In this document: one piece after another, positions 8,803 to 17,981 of the stretch
Layout: each line of letters begins with the position of its first letter
Position numbering within the stretch: the stretch's first letter is position 1
Assembly (NCBI GenBank): GCA_963663865.1
Contig: OY760686.1
Location: 285,670-349,669, forward strand
Origin: Spirochaetota bacterium
GTDB lineage: Bacteria; Spirochaetota; UBA4802; UBA5550
Reading direction: 5' to 3'
DNA length: 64,000 bases
The notes under the pieces: generated by a model
What the model saw: only the letters and a program-made list of their open reading frames with translations
What the model was told of the DNA's origin: nothing
Database searches by the model: none
Made by a program: the position numbers and the translations under genes

Positions 8803-11800
8803 TCAGCCTGTCTGCTCAATACGTGAACCTGTCTGCGACTTGACAACCCTGATCTGAGAGGGGATGCGGTTTCTCAACTCCTGAACATGCGAGATGATCC
8901 CTACCATTCGTCCGCAGCGCACTTCGTCAAGTATCGAAAGGGCCCGGTCAAGAGACGCCTCGTCAAGGGTCCCGAAACCCTCATCAATAAAGACAGAATC
9001 AAGCTCGATTTCACCCGCCCTTGACTGAATAACATCGGCCAACCCCAGAGAAAGCGAGATGGAAGCAAGAAACTTCTCGCCGCCGGAAAGGGACTTAACG
9101 CTGCGCGGGCGCCCGCTGAACGAGTCAAACACCTCAAGTTCAAGGCCAGCCTGAGAACGTCCATCCTCAATCTCAGTGCTCACTGACATTGAATAGCGCC
9201 CCTCAGTCATCCGGTTAAAGCGAAGGTTTGCAGCGGAGGCAACCTCGCTGAGGTAAGCGCTCAGCACGAAGTTCTGAAAGTTTATCCTCCTGGGGTTTTC
9301 GCCGTTGAGGTCTCCGGCAATTTCATCAATACGGACAAGTTCATCCTGAAGACGGGCGGACTCGGCAGAGACTCGAGTGTATTCCGTGATGAGCCCCTGC
9401 AGCCTGTCGATTCTGGAGGCCGCTTCACGCACCTCGCGATCAGCGTCTTTTTTCTTCAGGTTCAAGGCTTCAACTGCCTCTCCAAGAACGCACATAACAG
9501 GTTCAGTTTTACCCTTCAGGTTTTCTTCAGATTGATGAAGCCTTATTTCAGCCTCCCGCAGGCTGTCGCGGAAGCGCTGTACCTTCTCCTGCTGTTCTTT
9601 AATCACGCTCTCAGGCCGGAAGTACCGTTCAGCTTCAGACGCCGAGTCAAACCCTTCTTTAGAACTGCCTTTTTCCGCTTTCTCGACGGCCTTTTCAACC
9701 GACACCCTCAGCCTGGCTGCCGCTTCAGAGAGCTCCCCTTCCCGGCCCTGAATCCGCTTAAGCTCAAGTCCCGCATTGTTCAGCTCAGCATCTATACTTT
9801 TAATTTCAACACCGGCCGCTTTCACCTTTTCTTCTGTTTCCAGAATGCGGTTCTGGATATTGCCAATCCCCTCGAGGTCAGCTTCAAGAGCCAGAGCTGA
9901 GGCCTCGGCAGAAGCCAGCCGGCTTTCAGCCGAAGATATTTTATCCTTCAAAAGGCCAAGCCTGGCTGCAGACTCGTTCAGTTGCACATCCTTTTCATCA
10001 AGACGGTGTCTCGCATCGGCTGCCAGGGAGCTTTTCTCTTCAAGAGCTTCAACTTCATGCTTTAGCTTTTCGAGCTGAACCTTCGCCTCATCCAGCCTGT
10101 CATCTTCATCAAGACCAAGCGCAGCGACAGCACCGTCGACCTCCAGAATCAGCGACTCAGCCTTCCTGAGCCTTTCTTCCGCCGCGGCAGCCGCCGCGAC
10201 ACTGCCCGCTATATTCTCCCGGACTGCGGCAAGCCTTTCGTCGTCGGTAAAAACACCTGCTCCGTCAGCCGGTGCAGGATGCGACAGAGAGCCGCAGACC
10301 GGGCATGGCCTTCCTTCCTCAAGGCCGGCCGCCAGGCCGGCAGCCGCGGCGGCCTCCTTCCTCGCGGTTAGTGCAGCCTCATCGGACCTGTTGACATCCA
10401 ACACCTTATTAATACGCGCTATATCTTCCCTTGCCCCGTCAGCTTCCGAAACATAGGATTTCCTCTTATCAAGCGCTGTTTCCCGTGCGGCTAAGCTTTC
10501 AAACAGTTTTTCCACCTTCACAAGCTCGTTGCGCTTTTCCCGCATTTCCTCAGGCGGGACTGAATTCTGAGTTATCAAAGCTCTCAGGGAAGCTGCCTCG
10601 GCGCAAAGCGCCTCATACTCATGCGAAGCCTTATCTGACTCTCCTCTAACGCTTTCAGCAACCGCCTTAAGCTCTGCGGCCTCCTTTCGCTTCTCAATGA
10701 GCGCGGACGATTTTGCGAGGAGCGGCCTCAGCCTGCCGAGCTCTGAGTTCCCTTCCGAAACGGCTTTCTCCAGCTTCGGCCGACGGGCTGAGGCTGCATC
10801 TGCCGCCTCGGACCTCCTGACAGCGGCGGCCTTTTCCTTTTCAAGCTCTGCAAGCCTTGATTCTGTCTCCACAAGCTCCTTTTTCAGCCTTGCGGCATCT
10901 TCGATAACCGGCCTCAGTTTTTCAGCCCTGATAACCCTCTGCAGCGCTGTCTCAATCTTTTCTATTTCAGGAATTTTTTCTCTAAGAACAGCAACTGCGT
11001 CAGCTCTGGCCTTTTTTTCTTCAAAGGCATTCTGAAGCGACCTTCCCTTTTCAAGCTCTATGAGCGCCACATCGTATTTTAGCTGTATTTGCGCTGCGGC
11101 ATCTTCCTTTTCCTTCAGCTGAAGCTTCAGCCCTTCAAGCTCCTCAGCGCTCCTTTCCGGGTTCAACTCTGATCCAAGCCTCTTTAAATCCGCAAGCTTC
11201 GAGTTAAGTGCAGCGCGTCCAGAATTTCTGAGCTCTCTCGCGCGATTCGAAATTTCCTCATGCGCTCTGACCGGGAAGAGCTTCATGAGGATGGCCCTTT
11301 TCTGATCGGTTGGAGCCACAAGAAAATTCTGAAACTCTCCCTGCGGAAGAAGTACTATTCTCGAAAACTCATCCTTTGAAAGATGAAGAAGCCTTTCAAC
11401 CTCGGCGTTGATCTCCGTCACCTTCCCTTCCACGGGAGCCCAGCCTCCGTCTCTGAAACGGAAAAAGCTGACGTTCTCAGGCTGCTCAACGGTCCCGCTG
11501 CCCCGCCTGGCCGGCCTGTCATGTCTCGGGACTCTCTTTATCTTGTATCGCGATCCTCTGATAGCGAAAGTAAACTCGGAGAATGGCTCGCTGTATTCAG
11601 GCATGTACCCTGAAACCGCGGAAGCAGGGTTTCTGGTCCCTGTAAGCGAACCATAAAGGGCAAACAGAATCGCGTCAAAAACCGTCGTCTTCCCGGAGCC
11701 GGTAGGCCCTGTAATCAGGAAGAAGTCGGCTTCGTTTCTAAATGAAACCGTCTGTTCGGCAGAAAAGGGGCCGAATCGGCATACTCTCAGACACTCAGGC

Positions 11801-11805
11801 CTCAT
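8803..11805 (-). CDS. sbcC: SbcC/Rad50-like ATPase subunit of SbcCD nuclease
   Basis: Walker A GPTGSGKTT, ~700-aa coiled coil with CPVCGS zinc hook, C-terminal LSGGEKF signature and D-loop; 4-nt overlap with sbcD. Confidence 0.85.
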   Translation of the reverse strand: MRPECLRVCRFGPFSAEQTVSFRNEADFFLITGPTGSGKTTVFDAILFALYGSLTGTRNPASAVSGYMPEYSEPFSEFTFAIRGSRYKIKRVPRHDRPARRGSGTVEQPENVSFFRFRDGGWAPVEGKVTEINAEVERLLHLSKDEFSRIVLLPQGEFQNFLVAPTDQKRAILMKLFPVRAHEEISNRARELRNSGRAALNSKLADLKRLGSELNPERSAEELEGLKLQLKEKEDAAAQIQLKYDVALIELEKGRSLQNAFEEKKARADAVAVLREKIPEIEKIETALQRVIRAEKLRPVIEDAARLKKELVETESRLAELEKEKAAAVRRSEAADAASARRPKLEKAVSEGNSELGRLRPLLAKSSALIEKRKEAAELKAVAESVRGESDKASHEYEALCAEAASLRALITQNSVPPEEMREKRNELVKVEKLFESLAARETALDKRKSYVSEADGAREDIARINKVLDVNRSDEAALTARKEAAAAAGLAAGLEEGRPCPVCGSLSHPAPADGAGVFTDDERLAAVRENIAGSVAAAAAAEERLRKAESLILEVDGAVAALGLDEDDRLDEAKVQLEKLKHEVEALEEKSSLAADARHRLDEKDVQLNESAARLGLLKDKISSAESRLASAEASALALEADLEGIGNIQNRILETEEKVKAAGVEIKSIDAELNNAGLELKRIQGREGELSEAAARLRVSVEKAVEKAEKGSSKEGFDSASEAERYFRPESVIKEQQEKVQRFRDSLREAEIRLHQSEENLKGKTEPVMCVLGEAVEALNLKKKDADREVREAASRIDRLQGLITEYTRVSAESARLQDELVRIDEIAGDLNGENPRRINFQNFVLSAYLSEVASAANLRFNRMTEGRYSMSVSTEIEDGRSQAGLELEVFDSFSGRPRSVKSLSGGEKFLASISLSLGLADVIQSRAGEIELDSVFIDEGFGTLDEASLDRALSILDEVRCGRMVGIISHVQELRNRIPSQIRVVKSQTGSRIEQTG

Positions 11806-12923
11806 AGCTCTTCCTCCTTTTTAAGGCTGCGGAAAAGCTCAACCCTCTCCTGACTCGGCTTTTTTCCGTATAGATATTCATGAAAGCTGCCGAAGTCTTC
11901 TTCTATCGTCCGAATATCACTGCCAGTATTTATCCTTATGCTTTCCTTTTTTGCCGCCTGAACCGCCTGCTGCCTGACAGACAGGATACCGGGAAACCTG
12001 TTTCTGAGAAGCTCAATTGGATTCATGACAAGCCCGCCGTCGGTGAGCTCGGCCTCCACATAGCAGTCCGTAAATTCCGCAAACTCCGGCGAGTTCAGAA
12101 GATCATGAAATGCCGCCCTGAGCCGTTTCATTTTGCGGACGGGTTTCAGAGGAATTCTTTCAACTTCCGCCGCACCCTTCTTAACTTCCACCGACAGAAA
12201 GCACTTCTCGTCGGACTCCTCTGAAAATGAATACTGAAGAATTGATCCTGAATAGTGCACTCTGTCTCCAGACCTCTGAGGCCTGTGCAGATGTCCCAGC
12301 GCTGTGTAGTCAAAGGGAGAGAACGCATCTGAATTCACCATACCGGAGCCTCCGACAAAGACCCTCTCGGAATCAGTGGTCTCGCCCCCCTGAGTAAAGA
12401 GATGAGCAGCACAAATATTTACAGCCGATGGATCGCAGGCGGCCTGTACCCTTTTTACTGCTTCCCGCAAAATATCATCCTGCGACAGAGCCGGTGTTTC
12501 CTCGTCTTCAGAGTGAGCTGAAAAAGCTCCGCTTCCGAAAAACGGAAAAAGATAAAAATGATTGTTCTCAATAACTACAGGTTTGACAATATCTTCATAG
12601 CGTGTGCGGATATAGACCCGTCCCAGCTTCATAATCTCCGCTCCGAACGACAGCCTTACAGCGTTGTCGTGGTTGCCTGGAATTATCAGCAGCGGGATAT
12701 CCGTTGCTGACCGCAGGTCATCAAGAAAACAGCTGAAGAGCTCCACTGCCTCGGGAGAAGGAATGCTTCTGTCATAGATATCGCCGGCAATAACCATGGC
12801 GCCGTAACCGCCTGAAGCGGCATTATCAATAATTTGAGAGAGAACAGCTTTCTGATCTTCAATCAGGCTTCTTTCATAAATAATCTTTCCAAGATGCCAG
12901 TCAGAGGTGTGCAGTATTTTCAT
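11802..12923 (-). CDS. sbcD: SbcD/Mre11-like nuclease subunit
   Basis: MKILHTSDWHLGK, GDIYD, GNHD calcineurin-like phosphoesterase motifs. Confidence 0.9.
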   Translation of the reverse strand: MKILHTSDWHLGKIIYERSLIEDQKAVLSQIIDNAASGGYGAMVIAGDIYDRSIPSPEAVELFSCFLDDLRSATDIPLLIIPGNHDNAVRLSFGAEIMKLGRVYIRTRYEDIVKPVVIENNHFYLFPFFGSGAFSAHSEDEETPALSQDDILREAVKRVQAACDPSAVNICAAHLFTQGGETTDSERVFVGGSGMVNSDAFSPFDYTALGHLHRPQRSGDRVHYSGSILQYSFSEESDEKCFLSVEVKKGAAEVERIPLKPVRKMKRLRAAFHDLLNSPEFAEFTDCYVEAELTDGGLVMNPIELLRNRFPGILSVRQQAVQAAKKESIRINTGSDIRTIEEDFGSFHEYLYGKKPSQERVELFRSLKKEEEL

Positions 12924-12983
12924 ATATTTATTACCCGCGAAATTTCAATTCTCATCAGCGGCTGTGTCAAGCATGAAAACTGA

Positions 12984-13012
12984 TTGACAGCGTCTGTAGA
13001 TGCGCATAGACT
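12984..13012 (+). promoter_or_regulatory. candidate sigma70 promoter for yjbQ (TTGACA-17 nt-TAGACT)
   Basis: TTGACA 12984-12989, 17-nt spacer, TAGACT 13007-13012, 46 nt before ATG 13059. Confidence 0.35.
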
Positions 13013-13058
13013 CAATACAACTATTAGCCAGATTCTCCGACTTTAATAACGATTTTTA

Positions 13059-13448
13059 ATGAAAACAATTGAAATTAAATCTTCAAAACGATCAGAACTC
13101 ATAGACATCACAGCAAAGGTTGCGGAACACGTTTCCGGAAGCGGAAACGGTATGTGTATTGTCTATACCCCACATACAACGGCCGCAGTAACAATAAATG
13201 AGAATGCTGACCCTGATGTAAAATCCGATATAGTCAAAGGCCTTGACGCCCTCTCTATTAACCGGATCAGCTACGAACACGCGGAGGGCAACTCACCGGC
13301 CCACATCAAATCGTCCCTGCTCGGATGCTCTGAGCTGATTCCAATCGAAAACGGAAAACTCTGCCTGGGAACATGGCAGGGAATATACTTCTGTGAATTC
13401 GACGGCCCGAGGCAGCGCAGGGTTTATGTACAAATAATAGCCGGCTGA
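13059..13448 (+). CDS. yjbQ: YjbQ/UPF0047 family protein (secondary thiamine-phosphate synthase-like)
   Basis: 129 aa; conserved TPHTTAAVTINE and LGCSELIPIENGKLCLGTWQGIYFCEFDG blocks. Confidence 0.8.
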   Translation: MKTIEIKSSKRSELIDITAKVAEHVSGSGNGMCIVYTPHTTAAVTINENADPDVKSDIVKGLDALSINRISYEHAEGNSPAHIKSSLLGCSELIPIENGKLCLGTWQGIYFCEFDGPRQRRVYVQIIAG

Positions 13449-13484
13449 TTAAACAGCAATTCAACATATTTTACGGAGAAGCAA

Positions 13485-14285
13485 ATGAAAATTTCATCGG
13501 CATTTCAAAAGTGCCATATGCTTATTTTTTTCACCCTGCTTTGCTCATGCGCGACTATTAAAGGCGCAGACATAAGCGAAGAGGGCCTTGATCAGCTGCG
13601 TGCCGAGAACAGCCTTATGAAAAGCACTATATCACTTTTAAAAAGAGATAACAGCGTCACAAGGAAGGAAAATCTTGAATACCGCCGTCAGCTTGAGGAG
13701 CTCAAAGCTTCAGTCGAGAAGCTTAACTCTGACATAGAATCTCTTAAGGAAAATCACAGGAAAGAAATCGCCCTGAAAAACAGCGCTTACCGCGCACTCG
13801 AAAACCAGAATAAAATACTTCAGTCTGAAAGCTCTGCCCGGCTTTCGGCCCTTATGAAATCGAGCAAAGAAAACGAGTCTAAACTCCGCGAACAGATTAC
13901 AACCCTCAACAGGGAGAAGCTCGAACTTGAATCGGCTTTCAACTCCGAAAGAGAAGCTTTAAAAAAGCAGTTTTCTGAAAAGGAGTACGAGTTCACCCGT
14001 TCACTCGAACAGATAAACTCTTCACTCTCAGCGGCAGAAAATGAGGTTAAAATTCTCAGAAAAAAAATTCAGGAAACTGAAGAGACCAACAGCGCTCTGC
14101 GTAGTGAGATCAACTCCCTCCGGACCCGTCTTGGACTTCCAGAGTTAGAGGCGTTGGAAGAAAAGCAAGCACCGGCAGATGAAGCCACTGACATGAATAC
14201 AGGCAAAACTGAAAGCCCGAGTCCTCCGGATGACAGCAGCCCTCTTGAAGAAAACCCGGAAGCGGAGACAAAGTCGAATCAATGA
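13485..14285 (+). CDS. coiled-coil lipoprotein
   Basis: lipobox LLCSCATIKG; long heptad-rich Glu/Lys/Leu region; Pro/Glu-rich tail; ATGA overlap with next gene. Confidence 0.55.
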   Translation: MKISSAFQKCHMLIFFTLLCSCATIKGADISEEGLDQLRAENSLMKSTISLLKRDNSVTRKENLEYRRQLEELKASVEKLNSDIESLKENHRKEIALKNSAYRALENQNKILQSESSARLSALMKSSKENESKLREQITTLNREKLELESAFNSEREALKKQFSEKEYEFTRSLEQINSSLSAAENEVKILRKKIQETEETNSALRSEINSLRTRLGLPELEALEEKQAPADEATDMNTGKTESPSPPDDSSPLEENPEAETKSNQ

Positions 14286-16432
14286 AAACCAGTCATTATC
14301 TGAAATACATAATTGCAGCCTCAACCCTGCTGCTGTTGGGCGCCTCTGATTCAACAAATGAGCCCGCCATCATATCGCTGCTGCTATCATCCAACCTCCA
14401 GGGGCGTTTTACATCAACTGAGAAGGATCAGGATATCAGCGATCCAATGCTCACAACCGCACAGACAATTATTGCCGCCAGAGAGACCAGGCAGCCAGAC
14501 GTCTATATTGATCTTGGGAATTCCTTCGCGCCCGGCGAGCTCTCCCGCTTCAGCCATGGACTCCTCATGTCAGAGTATTTCGCTTTTCTCGGCTGCGACG
14601 CGACGCTCCTTTCATCGTTTGACATCTCTCTTGGAGTAGATACCCTAACATACCTTCAGACTGTCAGCAGGACATCTTTCCTCTCCGCCAATATCAGAAA
14701 AAAGAACAAAAAGCCGTTTGCAGAATACATTATAAAAAAGATCGGCGGTCACTCAATCGCATTCATAGGGCTTTCATCGGACAGTATAATCTTCAGCGCC
14801 GCTGAAAAGGAGCTGTACGACGCCAACCTCGAAGTAATGGAAGACGCCATTGAATATTCCGCGGAACAGGCAAAAGCTGAAGGCGCAGACCACATTGTAC
14901 TCGTCACAGGGCTCAGCCTTCAGGACACCCTCAGAATGCTCAGAGACTTCACAGACATCTCTCTTGCCATTTGCGGGGGCGACAACACGGCCAGAGTTCC
15001 AGGCGGAACGCTCACAAGAGTGGACCTCCCTGACGGCAGAAGCATTGTTATGATGCCGGAAAACCTTAAACTTGAACTTCTTAAGCTAAGGGCCGGCAAG
15101 ATGCTTACACTTGAGTCCTATGAGGAAATTCCGGTTTCACATCACAGAGTCTCAAGCCCTCTATACGGCCAGTACAGCAGAAGGCTCGCTCTCTGGAAAC
15201 GCCAATTTATGGAAGAGGAGGACATCGTTGTAGGAAAAACACCCCCTCAGGGCGGACTTGTAATAGACAGAACCTTTGCTGATTTTCTGCGAAACAGGTT
15301 CAACGCTGAAGCCGCTGTGCTCGAACCGGGCACAATCAATCCGGCGGGCTTCAAAGGATCTGTGAAAGGCTATGAACTTCTTGCGCTTACATCCTCCGAC
15401 CAATTCTTGTTCACCTTTGACCTAACAGGAGCGCAGCTTCTACAGTTAGCGTCAAACTCAAGGGGACTTGTGATATCAGGCATAAAGGACAAAAAGATAC
15501 AGGGCTACCCGGTCCTTCCTTTCCGGACCTACAGAGTAGTCTCAACTCAGCCGGCAATTAATACGGTTTCTTCCATAGTTGGAGAGCAGCTAAAAACAAC
15601 TAACTCATGGCAAAAGATGACTGAAGTCATGAGAGACGACCTTGTAAACTCCGGCACCCTTTTTTATGACAACGCGGAGATCTCAGACAGACGGTTCAGA
15701 ACAACAATCGATATTTTTCTCTCAAACTTTATCGACCGTTCAAAGGTACGCAATGAGAACGACGAGACTCCCCCCGCCGGTATGCCGGAAGACAGCTACA
15801 CAAGATGGGGACTCGAAAACAGGATTAACATAGCCATATACAACTCGTATCACCAGTTTATAATTAACCCTTACCTCTTCTACGACAAACAGGGAGAAGA
15901 CTATCTGAAAAACCGGGCCGGAGGGGCTTTCATCTATAACTATAACTTTTCGGAGAACATCAAGCCTTACCAGAAGTCACAGATGGATACACAGGTGGCA
16001 TCAGTTGACGGCCTGAGGCCGTTTATTCTCAGAGAAACGGTCGGAGCTATACTTGACGCTCCCTGGGAGATTAACAGCAAAAAGGTCATTTCGACAAAGT
16101 GGGGCGTTGGCCTCGAAAAGCAGCTGTCCGGCCCTGAGGAACAGATGCTTTACGGTCTTGAAACAATAATCAACATCAGGCTGCCATTTCTTTCATACTT
16201 TACAATGTTTTCAAACACAAACTCGTTTTTAGCCTATCAGAGATCCGGCGAGAGTTCAAAAAACATTCGCATTGAAACTGAAAACGGAATCAGCGCTGCG
16301 ATCAACAGCCACCTCTCAGCCGCGGTCAAGCATCGTTACTACTACAGATTCAGGGGCTCCGACAAACACCTCTACACCGATTCCCAGCTCATCACATCCA
16401 TAGACCTGAAAGCTGATTTTAAGATTTGGTAG
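14282..16432 (+). CDS. secreted UshA/5'-nucleotidase-like protein with degenerate metal-binding motifs (predicted catalytically inactive) and ~170-aa C-terminal extension
   Basis: signal peptide; blocks matching UshA order but with ligands replaced (HTNDHHG->LSSNLQG, GGD->LGN, GNHEFD->SSFDIS, THMGH->VTGLS, GGHSQ->GGDNT); conserved FLSANI and IAFIGLSSD blocks; ends ...KADFKIW. Confidence 0.6.
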   Translation: MKTSHYLKYIIAASTLLLLGASDSTNEPAIISLLLSSNLQGRFTSTEKDQDISDPMLTTAQTIIAARETRQPDVYIDLGNSFAPGELSRFSHGLLMSEYFAFLGCDATLLSSFDISLGVDTLTYLQTVSRTSFLSANIRKKNKKPFAEYIIKKIGGHSIAFIGLSSDSIIFSAAEKELYDANLEVMEDAIEYSAEQAKAEGADHIVLVTGLSLQDTLRMLRDFTDISLAICGGDNTARVPGGTLTRVDLPDGRSIVMMPENLKLELLKLRAGKMLTLESYEEIPVSHHRVSSPLYGQYSRRLALWKRQFMEEEDIVVGKTPPQGGLVIDRTFADFLRNRFNAEAAVLEPGTINPAGFKGSVKGYELLALTSSDQFLFTFDLTGAQLLQLASNSRGLVISGIKDKKIQGYPVLPFRTYRVVSTQPAINTVSSIVGEQLKTTNSWQKMTEVMRDDLVNSGTLFYDNAEISDRRFRTTIDIFLSNFIDRSKVRNENDETPPAGMPEDSYTRWGLENRINIAIYNSYHQFIINPYLFYDKQGEDYLKNRAGGAFIYNYNFSENIKPYQKSQMDTQVASVDGLRPFILRETVGAILDAPWEINSKKVISTKWGVGLEKQLSGPEEQMLYGLETIINIRLPFLSYFTMFSNTNSFLAYQRSGESSKNIRIETENGISAAINSHLSAAVKHRYYYRFRGSDKHLYTDSQLITSIDLKADFKIW

Positions 16433-16443
16433 GATGGAGCCGT

Positions 16444-16929
16444 ATGGAAAAAGTTTATATAGCATCACCTCTCGGCTTTTCTGAATCAGGTACAGCCTTC
16501 CTCGAAAGCCGGATAATCCCGGCCGTAAAAAGTGCAGGCTTCATTCCCGTCAACCCGTGGGATGAAGCCCCGGAAGCGATGCTGCTTTCTGCGAAAACAA
16601 TGCCGCCGGGAGAAGACAGGCACAGAGCGTGGAGGGATATCTGCCGTGTAATAGGCCGAACAAACGAAGAACTGATCTCCGCATGCGGCATTATGTTAGC
16701 CGTGCTCGACGGACCCGATGTCGACAGCGGCACTGCTTCAGAGATAGGCTACGCGTCGGCTCAAGGCAAACCAGTCATCGGTTACCGAAGCGATTTCAGA
16801 CAGGCCGGAGACAATGAGGGTTCAACGGTAAACCTGCAGGTTGAGCATTTCATCTACAGAAATGGGGGCTTCCTGATTAGCTGCTGCGATGATATACCTG
16901 AAGCATTGAGTAAAATCCGATTGTTGTAA
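16444..16929 (+). CDS. nucleoside 2-deoxyribosyltransferase-like protein
   Basis: VYIASPLGF (YxAGP-like) and DSGTASEIGYASAQGKPVIGY with conserved Glu; track start 16426 is TTG, ATG 16444 with GGAG SD preferred; overlaps end of upstream gene. Confidence 0.55.
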   Translation: MEKVYIASPLGFSESGTAFLESRIIPAVKSAGFIPVNPWDEAPEAMLLSAKTMPPGEDRHRAWRDICRVIGRTNEELISACGIMLAVLDGPDVDSGTASEIGYASAQGKPVIGYRSDFRQAGDNEGSTVNLQVEHFIYRNGGFLISCCDDIPEALSKIRLL

Positions 16930-17035
16930 GGGCATTGTTCTCTTTAGCATTCTACCATCGCCGGACTATCAAAATATAATTGACATTAATCATACAATAA
17001 TCCACTATTTCTAATCACCAAAAAGGGGTTTTCCA

Positions 17036-17623
17036 ATGAAGACACGAAATTCTCTTTTTCTTGCTGCTCTGTTCTTTTTCGCTGCATTTACTGAAATCGG
17101 CTGCGACAATTCTGACTCGTCGGACACTCAAGCGGCAAGCACTACTGAAAACCTGAAAGACACCGTACAGCTGCCTCAGAACTACTATTACGATGATGAA
17201 CTATTCCCCGATGAGCTTTCAGGAATATACGGCGACTGGATTCCATACAGCGCCTGCTCAGGAGACATGGCTGTAGTATGTACAGACCTCACGATTGAAG
17301 AGAATAAACTTGATTATGATTTTCTGAGAATAGAGAGAAATGGAAAGTTCAAACTCTTCAAGGAGAACGAACTCATAATGTACGGGAAGATATATCTTTA
17401 CCGGACAAACGAGAATGAAGAGCCGGCAACCTACAGCATTTTATTCTCTCCGGACAGCAGCCTCGGCTGCGATTCTGCTCCTGTAACTGAAGAAGAAGTA
17501 TGTCCGCAGGTAAACGGTGTCACGACACCTCACATCTCATTCGATTGGGTCAGAATAACTGACAACTCTCTGGTTTTCTACTTTCCCCACCTTTACGAAA
17601 TGGGCTACATCAGGGCTGATTAA
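17036..17623 (+). CDS. lipoprotein of unknown function
   Basis: signal MKTRNSLFLAALFFFAAFTEIGC; no recognisable domain. Confidence 0.5.
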   Translation: MKTRNSLFLAALFFFAAFTEIGCDNSDSSDTQAASTTENLKDTVQLPQNYYYDDELFPDELSGIYGDWIPYSACSGDMAVVCTDLTIEENKLDYDFLRIERNGKFKLFKENELIMYGKIYLYRTNENEEPATYSILFSPDSSLGCDSAPVTEEEVCPQVNGVTTPHISFDWVRITDNSLVFYFPHLYEMGYIRAD

Positions 17624-17631
17624 CTTGCAGA

Positions 17632-17680
17632 GAAGTCTATCAGGTTTAACAAACAGCCTGATAGACTTCACTTATTTCCA
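17632..17680 (+). terminator. rho-independent terminator-like hairpin after lipoprotein gene
   Basis: 13-bp perfect stem gaagtctatcagg/cctgatagacttc with 12-nt loop, followed by ACUUAUUUCC. Confidence 0.45.
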
Positions 17681-17702
17681 CACATCATTTATTAAACAGC
17701 GC

Positions 17703-17828
17703 CTATCTGCAATCATCGCACGGCTCTTCTACATCGGCATTCCTTGCCATCTCAGGGTGAGGAGCGTTGGTACAGAAAGGAAGGTTTAAGCTTGCCGATC
17801 TATTAAATGCCTTATTACTATTGTTCAT
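17703..17828 (-). CDS. candidate 41-aa Cys-containing small protein (MNNSNKAFNRSASLNLPFCTNAPHPEMARNADVEEPCDDCR)
   Basis: ATG preceded by AAGGAGGG SD 4-5 nt upstream; below ORF-track size cutoff; no homology recognised. Confidence 0.2.
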   Translation of the reverse strand: MNNSNKAFNRSASLNLPFCTNAPHPEMARNADVEEPCDDCR

Positions 17829-17880
17829 GGTTTCCCTCCTTGAATCCTCATAATGATCAACTTTCGTAATCTTCATCGTT

Positions 17881-17906
17881 CTGATTATTAAGTGTGTAAT
17901 AATCAG
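17881..17906. promoter_or_regulatory. 10-bp perfect inverted repeat (ctgattatta-N6-taataatcag) upstream of exbB; possible metalloregulator operator
   Basis: read directly; arms resemble Fur-box half sites (TGATAAT-like); 76 nt upstream of exbB ATG. Confidence 0.3.
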
Positions 17907-17981
17907 AAGTTGTTACAGAAAAGTTCTTGAACATTATTCTCTCTGTAAACGTAATCAGTCATTAATTCACAAACACAGGGA

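Noticed and set aside
8773-8806. GC-rich hairpin (ctgcgggggg ... ccccctcag) between convergent adh and sbcC
   Set aside because: One mismatch in stem, overlaps the sbcC stop codon and is not followed by a U-tract on either strand, so not called as a terminator.
9532-11035. Four plus-strand ORFs (9532..9900, 9776..10078, 10431..10649, 10697..11035) inside sbcC
   Set aside because: Antisense to a long, Ala/Glu/Leu-rich coiled-coil coding region. Such low-complexity sequence routinely yields open antisense frames. No RBS or domain content.
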